A stretch of DNA of 64,000 bases from an uncultured bacterium (GCA_964570935.1 CAZMZP010000063.1:2603-66602), one strand, 5' to 3'. Counted from the stretch's first letter, positions 1 to 10,589 are shown. A program made the numbers and translations. Notes: generated from the sequence alone by a model not told the origin.

Positions 1-381
1 GACATCCCGTTCATCCGCGACAGAGCCGTGTATCACGGCATACGTTCCGTGAACCGGCACGTGGACAACCTGTTTCACCTGGACCTGCTGCATCATTCCA
101 GGCGGCACTGGAGAGGAACGCTCCCGAACTGCCGGCTCCAGACGCTGGAGTACCACGTATGCCACAGACGAAGGGCCGGGGACGTACCCAGCTGCGAGAT
201 ACCGCGCGTCTACCACGACTACGTCCGCACGGGGGATCCGTATCTTCTCGTCCGTGTGTTTCACCACAACATGCTGGACTTGGTGACAATGAGCGAGCTT
301 CTGCTCGAACTGATGACGCTGGAGGGGATGCTGAAGAAGACGAAGAGAAGGCCGCCCGCGCTCGCGCGGGGGAAGGCTTGA
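1..381 (+). CDS. 3' end of an upstream gene; hypothetical protein, C-terminal fragment
   Basis: Frame 1 is open from the window edge to a TGA at 379-381 (DIPFIRDRAVYHGIRSV...ARGKA). It is the frame 28..381 extended to the edge. No recognisable motif. Confidence 0.3.
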   Translation, partial: DIPFIRDRAVYHGIRSVNRHVDNLFHLDLLHHSRRHWRGTLPNCRLQTLEYHVCHRRRAGDVPSCEIPRVYHDYVRTGDPYLLVRVFHHNMLDLVTMSELLLELMTLEGMLKKTKRRPPALARGKA

Positions 382-432
382 GTCGGAACAGGCCGGGAAG
401 ACGTCCCGGAACCGTGAAGCGGGAGAAGGAGC

Positions 433-1587
433 TTGAAGCCGAAGAGACAGACAGGCATCGACGACTCGGTCAGTCGTATCGGTGAGTTCGGACTCATCAG
501 ACGGATCCTGGACAAGTTCTGTGTCAGAAACGGGCGGTCAGTGCTGGTCGGGCCCGGCGACGACGCCGCCGTGATTGCATGCGGGAGTGGCGCGCCGCTG
601 GTTCTGACGACTGACATGCTGGTGGAGGGGACTCATTTTCGCCTCGAGTGGTCCTGCCCGGAGGCGGTGGGGTTCAAGGCGGTCACGGCGAACCTGAGCG
701 ACGTCGCGGCCATGGGAGGCGTGCCCGTTGGAATAGTCGTGTCCCTGGGCGTTCCGGCCTCCGTTCCGACGCGGGCCGTGGACTCACTGTACCGGGGCAT
801 CTCCGCCGCTCTGTCTGAGTTCGGGGGCGAGCTCCTGGGCGGAGACACCGTCCGCTCGGACATGATAACGGTCTCGGTGGCGGCGGTGGGTACCCTGGCC
901 GGAGACAGGCCGCTGCTTAGATCCGGAGCCCGCAAGGGTGACCTGGTCTGTGTCACCGGGTCGCTGGGTCGTCCGGAACTGGGTCTCCTGCTGCTCAAGA
1001 AGTACGCCGGGAGAAGGACTGGGTCCCGGGGGTCGGCCATGCTAGCCTGGGCCGGGCGCGTTATCACGGACTTCAGAGGGTACGTTCCCGCAAAAATCCG
1101 AAGGGACGGCTACGCTTGCATCCTCAAACACCTGATGCCTGCGCCTCGAATGCGGGATGCGCAACTGCTGGCGCGCCAGGGCAAAAGCGCGCCGTCCTCG
1201 ATGATTGACGTGAGCGACGGCCTCTCGTCGGACCTCAATCAGCTTGCGGCGGCGAGCAGAGTGAGCATCCTGGTCTACGAGGACAGAATCCCTGTTCACC
1301 CGAGCGTCGTGAGCACGGCCAGACACCTGGGCGTGTCGGCTGCACGTGCCGCCATTTCGAGCGGCGAGGAGTACGAGCTCCTCCTCACGGTCCCGCCTTC
1401 CCGTCTCGGGAGCCTCCTCAGAGCCTTGAAGAAGTCCGGCGCGGCGCCTCTGACAGTCGTAGGCGAGGTTACCGGTGTGGCTGGCGGCGCGACCGGCGGC
1501 CACGGGCCCGGGCGCGGCGCAGTCTCCATCGTCGGCTCCGGCGGGACGCGGAGGAAACTCACCCATAAGGGATTCAAACACTTCTAG
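433..1587 (+). CDS. thiL: thiamine-monophosphate kinase (AIR-synthase fold)
   Basis: N-terminus RIGEFGLIRRIL, then GPGDDAAV and TTDMLVEGTHF, the typical ThiL / PurM-like N-domain motifs. TTG start behind a GGAG-rich tract. About 60 aa Gly-rich C-terminal extension. Confidence 0.8.
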   Translation: MKPKRQTGIDDSVSRIGEFGLIRRILDKFCVRNGRSVLVGPGDDAAVIACGSGAPLVLTTDMLVEGTHFRLEWSCPEAVGFKAVTANLSDVAAMGGVPVGIVVSLGVPASVPTRAVDSLYRGISAALSEFGGELLGGDTVRSDMITVSVAAVGTLAGDRPLLRSGARKGDLVCVTGSLGRPELGLLLLKKYAGRRTGSRGSAMLAWAGRVITDFRGYVPAKIRRDGYACILKHLMPAPRMRDAQLLARQGKSAPSSMIDVSDGLSSDLNQLAAASRVSILVYEDRIPVHPSVVSTARHLGVSAARAAISSGEEYELLLTVPPSRLGSLLRALKKSGAAPLTVVGEVTGVAGGATGGHGPGRGAVSIVGSGGTRRKLTHKGFKHF

Positions 1588-1636
1588 TTAGCAGGCTTCA
1601 ATCGCGCTGCTCGGCGCCTTTCAACGCGTTTTTCTC

Positions 1637-1665
1637 TTGATTCCGGCCATTAATTGGGGTATAAT
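1637..1665 (+). promoter_or_regulatory. sigma70-type promoter, TTGATT-N17-TATAAT
   Basis: The -35 TTGATT (1637-1642), a 17-nt spacer and a perfect -10 TATAAT (1660-1665) lie in an AT-rich island. They sit about 190 nt upstream of the GTG start at 1861. Confidence 0.55.
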
Positions 1666-1860
1666 AGTTAGACAGTTTAGTGTGTGCGATGGCACTCTAG
1701 GGGTACGGTCGAAAACCTTCGGAAGCTCAAGGCCTGTGCCTTATCCGCTGTTCTTTGCGGTGAGTTAACCGGAGTCTTTTCGGCCTTTTTGTTTGCAGGA
1801 TCCTGACCCTGAGTGGAACCTCGGGCATCATGGAATTCGCAGCGGGCATGAAGGTAGGAG

Positions 1861-2568
1861 GTGTCCACAGTGCGTTTTCGAGTTATTGCAGCGGTGTCAG
1901 TTGTGATTGGTGTCGGGTGTGGTCTTGCGGTTGCCGCGGCCGGCGGCGGTACTGTCGTTTCCAGGCCCTGCTGGGAGACCGCCACTCCTCAGAACGTCAC
2001 AGGGTTTGATTTCGAAATCAGTTCAACCGTGGAGGGACCGACTCCGGGAGGCGTCTACACGTTTACGTACACGCTGTACCGGGTAGACAACGGTCTCACG
2101 AAATACAAAGGTGTGAGCCACGTCTCCATCTGGTTCCCGTGCGGGCTCGACGCCGAGCGGAGTATTCTGGAGGGCGCGAGGGGAATCACCATGACCTGCC
2201 GCGAAGGCGCCTGTCCCATGGTGGAGCTGGGCGGCAACGACGGGATGGCCGAGCCGATTCTGGACCCAGGCTGTAAGCAGTTCTGGGGTTTCAAGCTGGA
2301 CGAGTGCGGGGCGCAGGGCGGGTACTTCCTGATGCCGCACATCGACCGGGTATCCTATCCGTTCGACTGGATGGACCCATTCTGCACTATCACATTCCTC
2401 AGCGCCACCGGGCCGGAAATGGGCAAGTGGATGGTCAAGGGCGGCGCTCTTGACGGCCAGGATGGGAAGCTCTACGACGCGGGCAACATCTGGGTGCCCT
2501 CGTGCCTGGGGACAGCCGTGTCGACAGGCGACGCCACCTGGGGAGCCATAAAGGTCCTGTATCGTTGA
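1861..2568 (+). CDS. secreted or lipoprotein-like hypothetical protein, Cys-rich, ending in the TWGAIKVLYR C-terminal tag
   Basis: GTG start behind AAGGTAGGAGG. The hydrophobic N-terminus (VIAAVSVVIGVGCGLAVAAAGG) may be a lipobox. No known domain. The C-terminal 10 aa are shared with the CDS at 55756..56469. Confidence 0.6.
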   Translation: MSTVRFRVIAAVSVVIGVGCGLAVAAAGGGTVVSRPCWETATPQNVTGFDFEISSTVEGPTPGGVYTFTYTLYRVDNGLTKYKGVSHVSIWFPCGLDAERSILEGARGITMTCREGACPMVELGGNDGMAEPILDPGCKQFWGFKLDECGAQGGYFLMPHIDRVSYPFDWMDPFCTITFLSATGPEMGKWMVKGGALDGQDGKLYDAGNIWVPSCLGTAVSTGDATWGAIKVLYR

Positions 2569-2755
2569 CTTTCTCCGGCGCTGAACGCGGCCCCGCCCCG
2601 CGCCGTTGCCCGCCCGGCACGCGGCCCTGCCTTTCGGTCCCGCCTGACGACCGTCGAGCGAAGCGCGCGTCCGAAGACTTCCTTTGCCGTTGACAGCAGT
2701 GACATCGCTCATTAGGATTCCCATGCTGATGCGGCATGGCGGCGGGAGGAAGATC

Positions 2756-4390
2756 ATGGAGGCTGCTGCAAGAGCCAGGATTCTCTTCGACGAGTACTTC
2801 GACTACATGCTGAAATGCTGGCCGGAGTTCGCCACTGCGGTCGGCATCCACAAGTACGACCATCTGCTGACCTCGTACAGCAGCGCGGCGATTGACTCGC
2901 GGGTGCGGAAATTCCGCGAGTTCAAGAAGCGCGCGGACGAGACCCTCTCCGACCAGACGCTTTCGGTTCCGGAGCGCATAGACCTTACCCTGATCGCGGG
3001 CAGCTGCGAGATACAGGTGCTGGAGGTCGAGAAGCTGCTGAAGCCCTGGACCGACCCCACGCTGTACATAGAGAACAGTCTCTTCGCGCTGTTTCTACTG
3101 ACGTCGCGCGACGTAATGCCCATGGAAAAACGGGCGGAGGCCCTGGCCGCGCGGCTGAAAGAGTTCGTCCGCGTTCTGGTGGAGGCCCGGAAGAATCTGG
3201 AAAACCCTCCCCGGGTCTTCACAACGACTGCTCTGGGCATGCTCAAGGGCGCGACCATGTTCGTGAATGAAGTGGTGCCGTACTTCGGCGGGCAGGCGCC
3301 GCGCTTCCGGGCGGAGTTGGAGGCCAACGCCGACTCCTGTCTCAAGGCCATAGCCGGGTTCGAGTCTTTCGCTGAGGATGAGCTGCTGCCTCGCTCCAGC
3401 GGCGACTTCGCGATAGGGAGAGAGCTCTTTGAGACGAAGCTCAGGGTCGAGCACATGATTGACCACGACGCGAGAACGCTCGAGAAGATGGGGCGGGAAA
3501 TCCTGGACAGGACCAGGGGTGAAATGGAACGATTGAGCGATCAGGTCGCCCCGGGGACTAACTGGAAAGCCGTGATAGACGAACGGAAGGGCAATCATCC
3601 TTCCGCGGAGGGGTTGAGGGGCGCTTACGAAGAGCACATGAAAAGGGCCAGAGACTTCGTAGTGGCGAAGAACCTGGTGCCGATTCCCCGCGGCGAGACG
3701 CTGCGTGTGGTGGACACTCCGGCCTTCATCAGGACGACCATACCGTACGCGGCTTATCTCAACCCTGGCGCCTTCGACGAGAAGCAGGAAGGGATCTTCG
3801 TTGTCACCCCGGTAGACCGCGGAGCCTCAGCCGAGATCCAGGAAGAACAGCTCAAAGGACACAGCTATCCGTCCATGGTTCTCACCGCGCTTCACGAGGC
3901 CTATCCGGGACACCACCTGCAGCTTGTATGGTCGAATCGCGTGCCCTCGAAGGTAAGGCAGATCTGCTTCGACTCGGTGTTCGCCGAAGGGTGGGCCCTC
4001 TACTGCGAAGAGATGATGAAGGAGGCGGGGTTCTACGAGAGCAAGGAAATCCAGATGTTCCAGCTCAAGGACATGCTGTGGCGCGCGGCCCGAGTCGTGA
4101 TAGACGTCGGCCTTCACACTCGCACGATGAACTTTGACGAGGCGGTGGAGTTCCTGGTGTCTGAGGCGGTGGTCGAGCGCAGTAACGCGACGGCCGAAGT
4201 GAGAAGGTACACGAACTCACCGACTCAGCCTTCGAGCTATGCCATCGGGAAGACGGAGATTCTGAGGCTGCGCGGCGAAGAGGAACGCAGGCTGGGCCCG
4301 CGGTTCAACCTGTCGCAATTCCACGAGAGGCTTCTGAGCTCCGGGACGATCCCGTTCAAATTGATGAAGATGGAATTCGCGGCGGGGTAG
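2756..4390 (+). CDS. DUF885 family protein (putative metallopeptidase-like)
   Basis: N-terminal region FDEYFDYMLKCWPEFATAVGIHKYD, then HEAYPGHHLQ, the DUF885 HExxPGHH signature. Start moved to the ATG at 2756, which has a strong GGGAGGAAG RBS. The ORF track opens at 2684. Confidence 0.7.
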   Translation: MEAAARARILFDEYFDYMLKCWPEFATAVGIHKYDHLLTSYSSAAIDSRVRKFREFKKRADETLSDQTLSVPERIDLTLIAGSCEIQVLEVEKLLKPWTDPTLYIENSLFALFLLTSRDVMPMEKRAEALAARLKEFVRVLVEARKNLENPPRVFTTTALGMLKGATMFVNEVVPYFGGQAPRFRAELEANADSCLKAIAGFESFAEDELLPRSSGDFAIGRELFETKLRVEHMIDHDARTLEKMGREILDRTRGEMERLSDQVAPGTNWKAVIDERKGNHPSAEGLRGAYEEHMKRARDFVVAKNLVPIPRGETLRVVDTPAFIRTTIPYAAYLNPGAFDEKQEGIFVVTPVDRGASAEIQEEQLKGHSYPSMVLTALHEAYPGHHLQLVWSNRVPSKVRQICFDSVFAEGWALYCEEMMKEAGFYESKEIQMFQLKDMLWRAARVVIDVGLHTRTMNFDEAVEFLVSEAVVERSNATAEVRRYTNSPTQPSSYAIGKTEILRLRGEEERRLGPRFNLSQFHERLLSSGTIPFKLMKMEFAAG

Positions 4391-4462
4391 GAGATTCGCG
4401 GTTCGTCAGGAGATTCGTGCCCGAGCGGGGCAGGGAGTTGGTGCCGGCGACGGCCGCCGCCG

Positions 4463-5248
4463 TTACGCCGGGACGCCTTCCTCTGCTTCTTCCGGTTCTC
4501 TGCTTACCAGGAGCCGGCTCAGCTCACTCCGCAGTAGGCCCTTGTCCAGCCGCCGCTTCAGCACGCCTCGAGAGGCGATCGAAATCGCGCCAGTCTCTTC
4601 AGACACCACTATGACGACCGCGTCGGTCTCCTCGGTGAGGCCGACGGCGGCACGATGTCTTGTTCCCAGGTCCGCGGGAAGAGACGGGTTCTGGCTGAGT
4701 GGCAGGATGCAGCCCGCGGCCACGGCCTCCAGACCCCGCACTATCACCGCCCCGTCGTGCAGCGGGGAATGCGGGGTGAACAGAGTCACCAAGAGCTCGG
4801 CCGTCACCTTCGCGTTCATGGGAGTGCCGGTCTCCTCGTAGTTCCTGAGACCCACGTCCCCCTCCATCGCGATCAGGGCGCCGATCTTCTCCTCGGACAT
4901 CTTCTCCACCGCCTTCAGTATTTCTCCCAGGGCGCCGAACTCCTGCACCTTTATGAAGGGACGGAAGAGCCGGTTCTGTCCGATGAGGGCCAGTCCCTTT
5001 CTGAGCTCCGGCTGGAAGATGATGACGAACGCGATCACCCACACTGTCTTGAGGCTGTTCACGATCCAGTTGAGCGCGTTCAACTGAAACCACTGGGCGA
5101 CGAGTGACGCGACGACGAGCAGAACGAGGCCGGCGAACATCTGTGAGGCGCGCGTGCCCTTCACCAGCATGAACATCTTGTAGAAGATGAACGTCACGAT
5201 CGCGATGTCGATGACGTCCAGGTACCATCTTTCGCCGAAAAATTCCAT
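4463..5248 (-). CDS. cdaA: diadenylate cyclase (c-di-AMP synthase), membrane-anchored
   Basis: Three N-terminal TM helices, then a DAC domain with DGAVI..RGL and TRHRAAVGLTEETDAVVIVVSEETG motifs. Confidence 0.85.
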   Translation of the reverse strand: MEFFGERWYLDVIDIAIVTFIFYKMFMLVKGTRASQMFAGLVLLVVASLVAQWFQLNALNWIVNSLKTVWVIAFVIIFQPELRKGLALIGQNRLFRPFIKVQEFGALGEILKAVEKMSEEKIGALIAMEGDVGLRNYEETGTPMNAKVTAELLVTLFTPHSPLHDGAVIVRGLEAVAAGCILPLSQNPSLPADLGTRHRAAVGLTEETDAVVIVVSEETGAISIASRGVLKRRLDKGLLRSELSRLLVSREPEEAEEGVPA

Positions 5249-5283
5249 GACGAGACTTCTACCACATCAGGCAGACTCTTGCA

Positions 5284-6168
5284 TCAATTATGTGCGTCCA
5301 GCGCCGCGCCGCGCCGGATAGCGTCGGCCACCGCGACTGCCTCTTTCGCCTCCCCGACGTCGTGCACTCTGACTGCGGACGCGCCGTTGAGCGCGGAGGC
5401 GACGACCGCAGCGAGTGTGCCCGAAAGCCTCTCGTCCACGGGGCGGTTAGTGAGCAGTCCGATGAAGGACTTGCGGGAAGGGCCGACGAGCACGGGGCGT
5501 CTCAAGTCGGCCAGCTCAGAGAGATTTCGCAGAATCGTCAGGTTGTGCTCCAGCCTTTTCCCGAAGCCGATGCCGGGGTCCAGCATGATGTGCTCGAACC
5601 CTATTCCATGCGAGCGGGCTCTCTTGACGGCCGCCGACAGGAACACGCGTATCTCCGACATCACGTCTACGTACTCCGGATTTTCCTGCATGTTTCGAGG
5701 CGTACCCTTCATGTGCATCAGGATGACGCCGGCCTTGTGCTCGGCCGCGACGTCACCCACCCCGGCGTCGAAGCGCAGGGCGCTGATGTCGTTTATGACG
5801 CTGGCGCCCGCGTCGATGGCCGCGGCGGCGACGGAGGCCTTGCAGGTGTCGACGGACACGGGCGTGTCGAACCGCTTCACTATGGCCGAGATGACCGGCA
5901 CGACCCTCCTCGTCTCGGTCAACTCGTCCACCGGTTCGGAGTACGGCCTTGTGCTCTCGCCGCCCACGTCTATCATGTCGGCTCCCTCCGCTATCATCTT
6001 CTCGGCGTGCCTCAGGGCGGAGTCCTGGTCCGTGAACCTGCCGCCGTCGGAGAAAGAGTCGGACGTGAGGTTGAGTATGCCGATGACGTGAGTCCTTGAG
6101 GAAAGGTCGAAGGCGCCGCCGCGGAATCGGAAAACGGCGTTGTCACTGGAAGCGGTCTTGTCAGTCAT
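5284..6168 (-). CDS. folP: dihydropteroate synthase
   Basis: VIGILNLTSDSFSDGG ... DMIDVGGESTRP ... DPGIGFGK, the Pterin_bind / DHPS motifs. Confidence 0.9.
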   Translation of the reverse strand: MTDKTASSDNAVFRFRGGAFDLSSRTHVIGILNLTSDSFSDGGRFTDQDSALRHAEKMIAEGADMIDVGGESTRPYSEPVDELTETRRVVPVISAIVKRFDTPVSVDTCKASVAAAAIDAGASVINDISALRFDAGVGDVAAEHKAGVILMHMKGTPRNMQENPEYVDVMSEIRVFLSAAVKRARSHGIGFEHIMLDPGIGFGKRLEHNLTILRNLSELADLRRPVLVGPSRKSFIGLLTNRPVDERLSGTLAAVVASALNGASAVRVHDVGEAKEAVAVADAIRRGAALDAHN

Positions 6169-6175
6169 GTGTCAG

Positions 6176-6862
6176 TCACCCAGTTTTGGGTCTTCGGGTG
6201 CCGACGCGGGGTCTCCGGCGCTTGACGCGAGGCCTGCCGCGCCTTCCGACGGATCCTACACTCCTTGCGCCGGAACCTCCGCCGCTCAAGCGGGACTTCT
6301 CGCCCCGTTTAGTCCCCGCCGCCGGCAGGTTCATCATGAGAAGCGCCTCCCTTCGCCGCGGCAGAGCCAGCATCGCGCCTCTCGCCGCCGAGGAGACGGC
6401 CGTGGCTCCGCGCTTGCCGCCTTCGCTCAGGGACATGCACAGATGCTGGGCCTCGGTCACCACAAGAAGCCCCCGCGGCCTGAGACACTCCATGAGGGCG
6501 TCCGCGATGTCGTTGGTCAGCCGCTCCTGAAGCTGGGGCCTGCGCGACAACACCTCGGCGACCCGGGTGAGACTGTTCAGGCCGGTGACACGATTGTCCA
6601 TGGGCAGGTAGGCGAGATGGATCTTGCCGAAAAACGGAAGGAGATGGTGCTCGCACATCGATTGGAAGGCGATGTCCCTGACCACCACGACACCGTCCTG
6701 GTGTCTGACGTTGAACAGTCTGAACTGTTTCCGCGGGTCTTCACCAAGCCCCGAGAACACCTTTCGGTACAGTCTGGCGACCCTGGCGGGTGTGTCCCTC
6801 AGCCCCTCTCTGTTCGGGTCCTCTCCGATGGCCTCCAGCATGGCGCGAACTGCCTGTTCCAT
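6176..6862 (-). CDS. folE: GTP cyclohydrolase I (FolE)
   Basis: Core EDPNREGLRDTPARVARLY...CEHHLLPF...HLAYLP. A conservative ATG start at 6862 is used. The ORF also extends to a GTG at 7042, which has a better SD and adds a 60-aa K/R/P-rich N-terminal extension; that version overlaps the ftsH 3' end by about 98 bp. Confidence 0.8.
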   Translation of the reverse strand: MEQAVRAMLEAIGEDPNREGLRDTPARVARLYRKVFSGLGEDPRKQFRLFNVRHQDGVVVVRDIAFQSMCEHHLLPFFGKIHLAYLPMDNRVTGLNSLTRVAEVLSRRPQLQERLTNDIADALMECLRPRGLLVVTEAQHLCMSLSEGGKRGATAVSSAARGAMLALPRRREALLMMNLPAAGTKRGEKSRLSGGGSGARSVGSVGRRGRPRVKRRRPRVGTRRPKTG

Positions 6863-6944
6863 CTTGCGGAGGGAGGCGAGCCGGCCGCTCGCACCCGAAC
6901 CCGCGTCGACGGGCCGGGCGCCGGTCGCCCTGGCGGGAGCGCGC

Positions 6945-9035
6945 TTAACTGGCGGCCGCGCCGCTGTTCTGCGCGTCTCCTTCGTCCGGCTGCTTTTCCT
7001 GCGGCTGGGGCTTTTCGGCTTCGGGCTGGGGCGCCTTTTCACGTTCGGGCTGTCCTCGCTGTATTCGCGGTCGGGTCAGAGGGTCAAGCTTCTCTCCCCT
7101 CAGCACCTTCTCTATCTCGTCGCCGTCGAGGATCTCTCTCTCGAGGAGTGTGTTGGCCAGGTCGTGCAGCTTCTGGAGGTTCTCTTGAATCAGCTGCTTC
7201 GCCCTTTCGTGGGCGGCCCCCACGATGGACTTGATCTCCTCGTCGATGGCGATGGCGGTCTGCTCGCTGTAGTCCTTGTGCTGTGAGATCTCGCGTCCCA
7301 GGAAAATGAGCTCTTCTCTCTTTCCGAGGGTGATGGGACCCAGTCTGTCGCTCATTCCCCATTCGCAGACCATCTTGCGCGCGATCTCCGTCACGGTCTC
7401 GATGTCGTTCGCCGCGCCGTTCGTGACTTGACTGAACACCTGCTCCTCGGCCGCGCGGCCGCCCATGAGAGTTGTCAGAGTCATCAGGAGATAACTGGTG
7501 GTCCTGGTGTAGCGCTCGTCAACAGGAAGCAGGTGAGTGAGGCCGAGAGCGCGCCCCCTGGGTATGATGGTCACTTTATGTATCGGGTCGGAGCCGGGCT
7601 GCAGCCAGGATACGAGCGCGTGGCCGGCCTCGTGATACGAAGTGGTCTTCTTTTCCTCGTCGGTGATGATGAGACTTCTCCTCTCCACCCCCATCATGAC
7701 CCTGTCCTTGGCCTCTTCGAAGTCGTCCATCACCACTTTCTTTCTGTTCTTCCGCGCGGCCAGGAGCGCGGCCTCGTTTACAAGGTTGGCCAGGTCGGCA
7801 CCCGAAAGACCCGGAGTGGCCCTGGCGAGCACCTTGATCTCTACGTCTTCGGCCAGCGGAACGCCCCGCGTGTGGACTCTGATTATCCCTTCCCGGCCCC
7901 TCACGTCCGGCCTGTCCACGACAATCTGTCTGTCAAAACGGCCGGGTCTCAGCAAGGCCGGGTCCAGCACGTCGGGCCTGTTAGTGGCGGCCAGCAGGAT
8001 GACGCCCTCGTTGGAATCGAAACCGTCCATCTCCACGAGTAGCTGGTTCAGAGTCTGCTCCCTTTCGTCGTGGCCGCCGCCCAATCCCGCGCCGCGCTGT
8101 CTGCCCACGGCGTCCAGCTCATCTATGAATACTATGCAGGGCGCGTGGCGCTTGCCCTGGTCGAAGAGGTCGCGCACCCGGGACGCACCGACGCCCACGA
8201 ACATCTCCACGAAGTCAGAACCGCTCATGCTGAAAAACGGCACGCCCGCTTCCCCGGCCACTGCCTTGGCCAGGAGGGTCTTGCCCGTGCCCGGCGGCCC
8301 CACGAGGAGAGCGCCCTTGGGTATCTTGCCGCCGAGACGCTGGAATTTCTTCGGGTCCTTGAGGAACTCTATTATCTCCTGGAGCTCCTGCTTGGCCTCG
8401 TCGGCCCCGGCGACGTCTCTGAACGTGACCTTGGGCCTGTCCTCCAGAATCACCTTGGCCTTGCTGCGGCCGAACTTGAGGGCCGCGCTCCCGCCCGCCT
8501 GCATCTGGCGGATTATGAACAGCCAGAAAGCCACTATGAGCACGATCGGAAGCCAGGAGATGAGGATGCCGACCCAGTTCATCCCCTCGGGCTCGGACGC
8601 GATCTCCGCCTCCGGGTTCTTCTTCCAGATCTTATCCGGCAGCTCGGCGTCCTCGGTGGGGAGCCAGACTTTGAACTCCTTGAACGCCACCTTGCGGCCG
8701 CGCACGTCCAGCGAGGCCTGGGACCTGAGCGTTCCCTTCACTTCCTTCCCGCTGATGACCACGCCGGCGACGTTCGACGCCTGGATTTCCTTGAAGAACT
8801 TGGAATAAGAGATCTGTACTTCGCGCGTCCTCGAGGAAAAGTAGAATTCGAAGATGATGACAGTGAGCAGGATCAGCATGGCCCAGAAGGCCAGTGTCCT
8901 GAACGGCCTCAGGGGCGACAGAGGCACTCCCTTGCGCAGGCCGGGCCTCCGCGGTTTGGGCGCCGGAGGGGTGGGCGAGCCCTTGGGCTGGTTGTCGCCG
9001 CCCTGTCCGTTGCGGGCCGGGTCATCGGATTTCAC
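6945..9035 (-). CDS. ftsH: ATP-dependent zinc metalloprotease FtsH
   Basis: Two N-terminal TM segments, Walker [12 protein letters not shown], and the HEAGHAL zinc motif. Pro/Glu/Gln-rich C-terminal tail. Confidence 0.95.
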   Translation of the reverse strand: MKSDDPARNGQGGDNQPKGSPTPPAPKPRRPGLRKGVPLSPLRPFRTLAFWAMLILLTVIIFEFYFSSRTREVQISYSKFFKEIQASNVAGVVISGKEVKGTLRSQASLDVRGRKVAFKEFKVWLPTEDAELPDKIWKKNPEAEIASEPEGMNWVGILISWLPIVLIVAFWLFIIRQMQAGGSAALKFGRSKAKVILEDRPKVTFRDVAGADEAKQELQEIIEFLKDPKKFQRLGGKIPKGALLVGPPGTGKTLLAKAVAGEAGVPFFSMSGSDFVEMFVGVGASRVRDLFDQGKRHAPCIVFIDELDAVGRQRGAGLGGGHDEREQTLNQLLVEMDGFDSNEGVILLAATNRPDVLDPALLRPGRFDRQIVVDRPDVRGREGIIRVHTRGVPLAEDVEIKVLARATPGLSGADLANLVNEAALLAARKNRKKVVMDDFEEAKDRVMMGVERRSLIITDEEKKTTSYHEAGHALVSWLQPGSDPIHKVTIIPRGRALGLTHLLPVDERYTRTTSYLLMTLTTLMGGRAAEEQVFSQVTNGAANDIETVTEIARKMVCEWGMSDRLGPITLGKREELIFLGREISQHKDYSEQTAIAIDEEIKSIVGAAHERAKQLIQENLQKLHDLANTLLEREILDGDEIEKVLRGEKLDPLTRPRIQRGQPEREKAPQPEAEKPQPQEKQPDEGDAQNSGAAAS

Positions 9036-9078
9036 GGGTTTCTTCCTGCCTTTCCGGCGGATGCTGCCGGCAAGTCGG

Positions 9079-10581
9079 TTACTGGGTGGCGAACGTTCTC
9101 AGAGCCAGAACGAGCTTTGTATCGTCTTTCACCGGCGCCGCCGAGCCCCTTCTCACGCCGACGAGCCAGAGCATTCCGCTGTTGTCGCAGAGAGCGGCCA
9201 GGCGTCGCCTTGCTTGGCGCGGCACCTTCATGTCCACCAGGATGTCCTGCACCTTTTTCGAGCCCTGCATGCCGAACGGGTTGAGCCTGTCGCCCGGGCG
9301 CAGGTTTCTGAGCACGAGGGGGAGCGACAGAGCCCCGAGGTCGAAGAACACTTCGCCTGTCCCCGCTGCGCCGTCCGGTCCCGCGCCGCCAGTCATCACA
9401 GCCGGGCATTCCTTCAGGTCTTCCTTCCTCAGCACCCGGCTTTCGATTCCGAGAGAGACTTCGCGCAACCATGTGCGGCCGCCGGGCTCGTGCTGCACGC
9501 TGAACTCGCACGGGGGCGCTTCATCGAACCGAAACGCCGCTCTCCGCCCCAGCACCAACTTTGTGCCTTCGAGCACCGCCGCCGCGCCGTGCGGCAGGTC
9601 CACCCGGTCCCCGGACCGACCCGCTGAAACGAGCCTGCACAGCGATTCGATGTGCGAAAACCCGACGTCCTTGAGAGTTCCGCAAAGCCTGAAATACGCC
9701 TCCCTGAGCACGTAGCGGCGCACGCAGACATGATAAGGGACGAGGGGCGGCAATTCAAGCTCAATGCGGTCGGCGGACTCCGCGGAGACACACTCTTCGT
9801 ACGCCCTGCGCGCCGTCAGCGTCAAGTAGTCTTCGGCCTCATTCAAAAGCCCGGCCTGTGACCCCAGCACCTCCACGATTCCCGGATTGTATCTTTCCTT
9901 CAGCAGAGCCAGGAGCTCGTGCCGGACTCTGTTGCGGAAGAAGGTCAGGTCAAAGTTCGAGGCGTCCTCGACGCAGGGAATGTGCCTGGACTGCAGGAAT
10001 TCCAGGATCTCCTGCCTGGTCGAGGACAGAAGCGGTCTGATCAACTGTGCGCCCGGAGCGGCCCCTCGGCGAGCGGGCATTCCGGACACTGGCTTCATCG
10101 CCGACAGGCCCCGCACTCCAGCGCCCCGGATGAGCCGCATCAGGACCGTCTCCGCCTGGTCGTCCAGCGTGTGCCCGAGCGCCACCCTGAGCCGTCCCGG
10201 CGCCGCCCCGCTCTCCGGCCGCCCCTTCATCTTCCCCGCCTGCTCCGCCAGAAACCTGTGCCTGAGTTCCCGGGCGGCCTCCTCGAGCGAGCACCCTGAC
10301 TCCGCGGCGAAAGACCGTGCGTCCACTCTGCCCACCGCGCAGCCGAGCCCCAGTCTTTCGCACATGGCCAGCACGAACCGTTCCTCCTCCGTCGCCTCGG
10401 GCCTGAGCCCGTGGTTCACGTGAGCCGCGGAGACGGAAAACCCGAGCTCACTCGACAGGGAAACGAGCGTGTTCAGGAGGGCGACCGAATCCGGCCCGCC
10501 CGAGACTGCGGCCAGGACCGAGTCTCCGCTCGAAATGAGCCCGTTCGTCTGGATGAAATCTTTGACCTTGGCTACGAACAT
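9079..10581 (-). CDS. tilS: tRNA(Ile)-lysidine synthetase
   Basis: PP-loop SGGPDS near the N-terminus. Length 500 aa including the C-terminal tRNA-binding domain. Classic position upstream of ftsH. Confidence 0.85.
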   Translation of the reverse strand: MFVAKVKDFIQTNGLISSGDSVLAAVSGGPDSVALLNTLVSLSSELGFSVSAAHVNHGLRPEATEEERFVLAMCERLGLGCAVGRVDARSFAAESGCSLEEAARELRHRFLAEQAGKMKGRPESGAAPGRLRVALGHTLDDQAETVLMRLIRGAGVRGLSAMKPVSGMPARRGAAPGAQLIRPLLSSTRQEILEFLQSRHIPCVEDASNFDLTFFRNRVRHELLALLKERYNPGIVEVLGSQAGLLNEAEDYLTLTARRAYEECVSAESADRIELELPPLVPYHVCVRRYVLREAYFRLCGTLKDVGFSHIESLCRLVSAGRSGDRVDLPHGAAAVLEGTKLVLGRRAAFRFDEAPPCEFSVQHEPGGRTWLREVSLGIESRVLRKEDLKECPAVMTGGAGPDGAAGTGEVFFDLGALSLPLVLRNLRPGDRLNPFGMQGSKKVQDILVDMKVPRQARRRLAALCDNSGMLWLVGVRRGSAAPVKDDTKLVLALRTFATQ

Positions 10582-10589
10582 AGGGGGAT

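Noticed and set aside
28-381. 117-aa ATG-initiated ORF at the window start
   Set aside because: It is the frame-1 reading frame that continues to the window edge, so it was called as the 3' end of a longer gene (1..381) rather than a stand-alone gene.
7042-7042. GTG start at 7042 as the primary folE start
   Set aside because: It gives a 98-bp overlap with ftsH and an extension absent from typical FolE. Kept as an alternative and reported as a finding instead.
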